From Ruditapes philippinarum (taxonomy: Eukaryota): 58,411 bases of DNA. The position numbers and the translations under genes were made by a program. Location of the stretch: positions 434,001 through 492,411 of the forward strand of contig NW_026864517.1 of assembly GCF_026571515.1 (NCBI RefSeq), in the 5' to 3' direction. The notes beneath the pieces are model-generated. The model worked only from the letters and a program-made list of their open reading frames with translations, did no database searches and was not told the DNA's origin. This document shows positions 51,468-58,411 of this stretch, piece by piece. The stretch's first letter is position 1, and each line of letters opens with the position of its first letter.

Positions 51468-54166
51468 ATTAAGTGTAGTTTACTTAAAGTTAATATAACT
51501 TATAAACCCGCTACAGTGAACTTCTATCTATCAGCTAACAATGGCGGTTTCAAATCAAAGGGAGAAAAACCGGATATCTAATAACCAATTCTATAAATAT
51601 GACTAGCAGGCGTTTGTATATTTGAATGATAGTTACGCACGTGGACAGTGTAAACGGTGAAAATATATATACCCACACGTTATCTATTCACGGAAAATAG
51701 AATTATGTTGTTGAATAAAAATTTTCAGTTTTATGTGTTTACGCTAGGTATGCAAAAGTAAGATTTCAAAAATCATTATTGTTTTCTCTATTGTAAACTA
51801 TTATAATAACTTGGATGCCTAAAATATTATCTAACACATCTTTCCTTTATGTTAAAATGTCTTGACATTCAGAAAAGAAGTGATATCACACCCTGCTTTG
51901 TGACAACTAGTCCCCATTCGGTCTTCATATGGAATTTTATTTGGGTGGTCTCACGAATATGCTATCATGATTATGTTACTCTGATTTTTATATGTTTTCA
52001 AAGATCCTGTATGTTGTGATCAAAGTGGTAAACCACACTAAGTGAAATTATATATACATGCATGTACATGATTTTGCAAATAAAACAATTTTCAAACATT
52101 GAAGAAAATGTAAAATATGTGCTGCAAATATGTGTGCCTATTATATGTTATCTGTATATTTAAATTTGTTGCAATATAGTCTGTTCATATATATTCTTTT
52201 AATTCCTCCAATAGATGAAGAACATAACACATAAACATCCAAAATACAAATATTTACATGAAATGATAAAGAACAAAACATATTATAATAACAAAACATT
52301 AATAAAAAATGAAGAGAAGTAATTTCCTTAAGACTGAACTTGTTGAAAAAGAAGTACAAGATCAAAATTAATAAAACTTAAAACACAATTTCTTTTGTAA
52401 TAAAATAGTTTGCTGTCATAATTTCTATTATATCAAATAAACATGTTTCTTATTTATAATTTATTATTATTTATTTTATTACAAGTCATTTCAATCTTTT
52501 AAAACGTCAACATTTGAGAAGAATATACATGTATATTTCTATTTATGTTACCAGCTTTAGTAATTATGTTACAAAGATGCAAAATCAAACATTCGTCAGA
52601 AAAAATACTGAGATATATTGCATATGTTTGATGTGATACATACTTAAAAAAACATTTTTTGCAGCGACAAGAAACAGTTGTAATCACAAAATAAGAACAT
52701 TTATTTTTGGCAGTTAATCGTCCGTATCTGGAATAAACATATAAAATATGTTGTTCTTTGTGGTTAACAGTTTGTTACAAAGCTGATTCATGTACAAAAC
52801 AACAAACAATTTTTGTCAAATAAGAAATTCCGTGACAATTTACAAATTATCCAATTTTGCTGCCCTTGTAAATTAACAGTTATATCTTTATTGCGAATGT
52901 ACATGACACGTATTCCTGAAGGAATATTCCAGAGAAAATAAATACAGCGTATCATTATTATTAGTTTAAATACACTGTTCAACATGTTCAATAATATACA
53001 AATGTAATATATTCGTATATATGCATACCCCTGGTATTATACATATCCACCAGTTTATATTTATTTCTTTACTATACTTCTGGTAATAATATAAAGAATA
53101 TGCATATAGTATAACATTATATTTTGAATGCAGTATTATGAGACCATCAGACTAAACGTTTTCAGGTATTTCTTTTTAATAATTTGACCTGTATCTTTTT
53201 TAACATTCATACAATGGAATGCAAAAAACACCTCCAATATTTCAATCTGGTCTACGTGACAAACTTGTCACTCTAAAAAAGAAACAAGAAAAAACAACAG
53301 AAAGTTGCACAAAACGGATAGTTCTCCCTTTCTTTGAAAGAAATCGACCAATGAAGACCAAGGAAGTATTTCCGTCTAAATAAATCAACTTTTGTTTTCC
53401 TTTTATGTCATCAATTACAAAGTTGTTACGAAACATTTTCTGCACTCCAGTTTATGCGTGATTTGTAATAGTTTGTTATTTGTAAAAGACCTTTCACGAG
53501 TTAACTTTGACAACATTGAACATAGGGAATAACTTTAAAGGCAGGTTTTTAAAATTTAAAGGATTTTTTTTTATATATACTTAGTATATATATGTATTTT
53601 TAACAAGAACAATCTGTTATAAGTGACGGAGTTCACTAATTTATGTTTGTATTTATTTTTAATGTGATTTTAAATTCTGCACATATTTAAATTTGCATGC
53701 GAGTTATCACTTTCTAGAGGGGAATTAAATTACACACATAAACAAATGTATTGATACACTTAAACATAATTGATAAAGTCTTCCTTAATAATAAGTTTGT
53801 TATAAATGAAGCGTATTGTCGCCCATTTGGTTCATTCCGGTGACAAAGGTAAAGAAAGTAAATAAACAACACTGTTTTTCTGCACTCCCTGGGACTGGAA
53901 TACAACAAACAGGAATATGACCCATAGATGTTAAGATAAACAATTTACAAAACATACAAAAAAACTTAAATGTTATATAGATAAGATAACAGACTTTTTG
54001 TTTTGCAACTGGAATCAATAACAAATGTTAATTCATTTTTTATAGTTCAAAACAACACTTAATTCTGGATCTAGGAATCAATATTATTCAACAATTTACA
54101 TAGTGTATTTTCATGCCTTAGGTTACTATTGACAAATTGTCAGTAATATTTTTTTCTATTCAATGA

Positions 54167-55193
54167 CTATCTGTACCATTTGTTAGGCTTCGACATGGAA
54201 AACTGTGCAATAATGCCAACCTTTCTGTTGAGAATGTAACCACTGCTAACGTTATCAATATTAGAATTGAAAAAAATATCAAATGTTGCAGTTTGACTAT
54301 TTTCAGTTAATCTGACTTCGTGGAAAGTCGTGCGATTTTGTCCATTTGGTTGCCTATTGACGAGTATGCAGAGAACCCGTATATCACAAACAGTTTTATA
54401 TTCACCAATGTTTGTAACATCACAGTATAGCATACTGCTTGTTTTCATTGTGCTTATTTTAAGAGGGACTCCCCACAACCCATTTTCAACTCCTTCACTT
54501 TCTTTCTTGTCGGTACCAATTACATCAATTAGAACAATGATCTTTTCATCCCATTTCTTCTCTGGATCTAACTTCAATTTTTTTCCCAACCGTAATTCTG
54601 ACAATACGTACTGCTTAAATACTACATTTTCTTCTGAAACCTGATCTAGCTCTGCTAACTTTCTTTTCCTTGATGTATTTATATTTACATCTAGCACGCA
54701 GAGCTTTAAGATCATACAAACATGCTTCCTTAAACAACTGTAAAAAATCATCCGTCGATGTTTCTTCTGTGACAGTCTCAATTATAACTACTTCACATCT
54801 TGGTTTTAGCTGTAGGACCTTGTACTCTTCTAAAAAAGGAAGAATTGCCCTAGCGTTGACGCGATCAATTTGGGTGTATTTGTTCGGGTAAATGCATCGA
54901 AGGAATTCTAAGACGTCCTTTAGTTTCTTCCCTGGCAATTCTAGCTCGTCACTTGACTTTTCCTTAAAGTCAGATTGGAACATTGCATCAAATACTGGTG
55001 ACGCAAGTGAAAGAATATTTTTAGCGACATACAGCTTTGTTCCAAAGATCAGTTCTCCAAGATGGTTCAGTGAAACCGAAAGTAGGCGACTTATCTTCGG
55101 CCAGTGCCATTGTGCAACTATATTCATTGGTAACGATAATTTCAACTACTGTATCCTCATATTCGCAATTGTGACGTTTTCATCTGCCTCCAT
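54167..55193 (-). pseudogene. BTB-MATH copy 9 (class II C-terminus)
   Basis: ATG at 55193. Short deletion at ~55045 in the first BTB strand. A ~90-bp deletion at ~54685 removes FLISSRPC...NEIF. Ends MSKPNKWYR. Confidence 0.88.
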
Positions 55194-55470
55194 ATTAAAT
55201 GTAGTTCACTTAAAGTTCTTATTCAATCAGCTGACAATGGCGGTTATAAATCAAAGGGAGAAAACCGGATATTAGGTATTAAACACAATTACATAAAATG
55301 GCGGTTAAATTTGATTAATCATATTATTTGTCCTGTTATAAAGATTTTTTTTCTGGATTTTGAACACAGGTTTTGATTATGATAATATTTCGGCGGTTTT
55401 TCCACCAATTTCTCCGCAAGTGATTCTCTACGATATAGGGATATAGCATATTTCGGCCTAAAAGCCAGAC

Positions 55471-55505
<35 letters not shown>

Positions 55506-55760
55506 AACAATAACAAATGGTAATTCATTGTGATTACAACCAAACTTTGAACAGTCCTACAAATGAGTTAGGTCTGAGAATGATCGAGTTTTAATTTTGT
55601 TCTCTGAAAAAGTTTCAAATAATAGCCGTTCCATTTCAGCCAGTGTCAATCTAGGCGAAGAACAAATACAATAAAGAAGGTCTTTTATTAACTTCTTTAG
55701 TTTTTATAAAATTTATTCTAATCTGATTTTACAAATTCTTATCTCAAATTTCTATTTTTT

Positions 55761-57913
55761 TTATTTCAAATCTAACAGTCTCCAGTTTTCCCACATGTGT
55801 TTGTATTGATACGTTAATCTATGTGTCCGCCGCATATGTTCCTGGAGTGTACAATACCGTGTTAAATAATCTTCCTTGTCTATAAAATAAGCCATGCTGT
55901 GCATCTCGAGCTGAATATTTTTGAAATATTTCACCATTCCAGTTTCTAGTAGATTTTCTAGAACATCAAGTTCGCAGCCTTCACAGTCCATAGAAAGTAG
56001 ATCTACACTGTATATTCCTACGCCAAGATTTTGGAAAAATTCTGTAGAATTAATGACACTTACATTTATTTTCTTCTGACCAAAATCATTCGAATAAATG
56101 TTCGAACCTTCGCCTTTCAATTCAATAGCAATAGTTTCCGTCTTCTGTCCAAGTCCGAAATTTAGAACAGTGACCCTGCAGATATAAAATAAAAAAATAT
56201 GCAGACATAAGATATATACATTTGCTTTTCTTAGTGTTTCCTCTTAATTCATTGAAAATTTATTGAAAACAAATTTTAAGTTTAATTCTTCAATGAATTA
56301 AATTAGATGTGTTGACATAAAAAAAATATATTTAGGTAATGATATTCTTAAATGCTAGAAAGTTTGGCATAATTTGTAATCTTTTACGTAAATATAATAT
56401 AAAGTCATTGTCAGTAAAATCAGAAGAAGAATTTTCTTGTCAATCACAGTGCTTAATAAATAAAAGTAACGAAAAAAACTCACTAGTGACTGCTTAATAT
56501 AAGTAACGAAAGTGAAGTTACCACTTTTCGACAAATATGAATATGGTAAAACGACATATTCACTTCCTCATAAATAAAGTAACATTTCAACTTCGAAATA
56601 TAAAATATAGGAAGGGTCTTTTAAAAAGATTGGTCTGGAAACGAGATGTATTCATGAAAAAAAGATGTCTCGGCTAGGTCACGTGATTCGGTTCTCTACC
56701 GTAGAGTTCCATACAGAAACTCTCAATCAAATTTTAAGATACTTTGTTGATTATTCAAAAGAGTTATTGATAACTTATTCTTAGTAACTTAACTTATCAT
56801 TAATAAATAATTACAATGATTTACAATGAAATAAGTGCTTTTTCTCGTTCCTGGTCTGGAGATAAAAGTTTACTTCACACGTTTGGAAAAAGATCGAATT
56901 TCGTAAGTATTTCATTTATTCATTGGTTTTAATGACAAAAAATAAAATAAATGTCTCATGTAAAAATTTGTTTTTATCTTTCGTTCTGTTATTTAGAAAT
57001 AATTGATGTTGAATTTAATGCATCTTAAAATGCAGCCATTGCGCAATATATTTTAAAATTTAATCTTCATATTGCAATGTTAACACTGTATTTTATACTA
57101 CAAAATATATTTTACTAATGGGGATTTATATAAGAGGTTTCAAGATCATTCTATCTGAAAGATTGTGGTAAAGGTAACGGAAAGTTAACTTACCGCGTCT
57201 GCATAATAAGAAATGGAAAATTGAAATTGAATATCAGTAACGGAAAGTGAACCTACCGCTTTTGATAAATAACTGTAATGGAACGTGGCTCTGCCAATTT
57301 TTGAAAAATATTGGTAACAGAAAGAGATTTTGTTAATAAATGTAGGTAATGGCAATTGACCGATCATTCAAAGTTCAAGGGTGTATGGCATGATGGAGAT
57401 GTTTACGTGTCAACCGTTTTGACTTTTTCGAAAAATTTACAAAAAGATTCTAAACTATGGATTTCAATTTTTGAACCTCCTTTTGGAGAGTCACAGTACA
57501 AACGCAATCACCAAAATTTTAGTCGCTGGTAAGATATTAGTCATTTCATACCAACAAGCAGTAAACAATTACATTCACATAGACATCTGAAAAAGTCTGT
57601 TTTATTAAAACAATTCACAAAGGTATGAATAAGACATTGATTGTAAATCACTCTTGCTGCTTCTTTGTCAATAAAGTAACGAAAAGTTACCTTACCGCTT
57701 CTTGGTAAATACTGACAGCTGTTGCTGATTTTATGCTGGTTTAGCTTAGCTGATTTTATGCTGGTTTAGCTTAGATATGTGACTTAACAGTTTACCTTGG
57801 ATTGTCTTTGAATTTCTCTTGTAAAAGTGTAGCATAGTACGGTATCGGCTCCACTATCAGATGTCGTGGGTTGTAGACGGCGGTAAACATGGAAGCATCT
57901 GACCCAAAGTTTC
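55761..57913 (-). CDS. FkbM-like methyltransferase copy D, exons 2 (57796-57913) and 3 (55761-56175); exon 1 expected beyond the window end
   Basis: Both exons are open, have the same lengths as copy A (118 and 415 nt) and keep their splice sites. Confidence 0.85.
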
Positions 57914-58411
57914 CTGGTTTTTATAATGGTGAAGTGAATAATTGACATATTATAACACCCATCAACAGTTCGTATACTTTTCAATAGCAAACAACATAGT
58001 ATTCACTTTTATTAGAATGAATTTTATGATTTAGATCTTCTTTTGAATAAAGAGTATGCTGTTCATTTTTTCAAACAAATGATCACGCACTGCTATAGAA
58101 TTCATTATTTTTAAATAGAAAGAATTAAGAATAACTTTGGTACAGAGAAATACTAGGAAAAGTGCATTCCTGTTAATGACAATGAGCCTCACTCAAACTC
58201 TAACGTGCAGACGTATTAATTAACTGCCAAGTGCGCACGTGTCGATTATTTCGTCCGCACTGCATATATAAATTAATCTATAAGAGTTAGGGTTTATGGA
58301 GAGGCTAAATCTTAAACATTGCTTTTTATATGTTCCAATACGGAATGTTTTTCGTATTCCCCTCTTCACCGAACAAAAAAACAAACTTACAAACAATAAA
58401 AATTTAAAAAT

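Overview
AT-rich eukaryotic genomic DNA. The spliced genes, SINEs, MITEs and microsatellites suggest an invertebrate, probably a bivalve mollusc (inference from SINE style and gene content). The whole window is a co-oriented minus-strand tandem array of two unrelated gene types. (1) Nine copies of a BTB/POZ - helical - coiled-coil - MATH/TRAF-like gene with no intron in the CDS, a putative Cullin-3 substrate adaptor. Only 44621-45751 reads as an uninterrupted 376-aa ORF; the BTB half is nearly invariant and the MATH half is hypervariable. (2) Five copies or remnants of a 3-exon type II membrane FkbM-like SAM-dependent methyltransferase. I reconstructed a 306-aa intact copy at 15565-19493, including a 118-nt middle exon with the SAM-binding motif that the ORF track misses. 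Every methyltransferase copy is followed within about 0.6-1.2 kb by a BTB-MATH gene. Every BTB-MATH gene carries a conserved upstream block containing CCTTTGAT and an ACCGCCA-like motif. The array shows birth-and-death evolution, chimeric genes, several TE insertions datable against empty paralogous sites, and a 6.8-kb near-identical tandem duplication that may be an assembly artefact. No rRNA, true tRNA or CRISPR array is seen.
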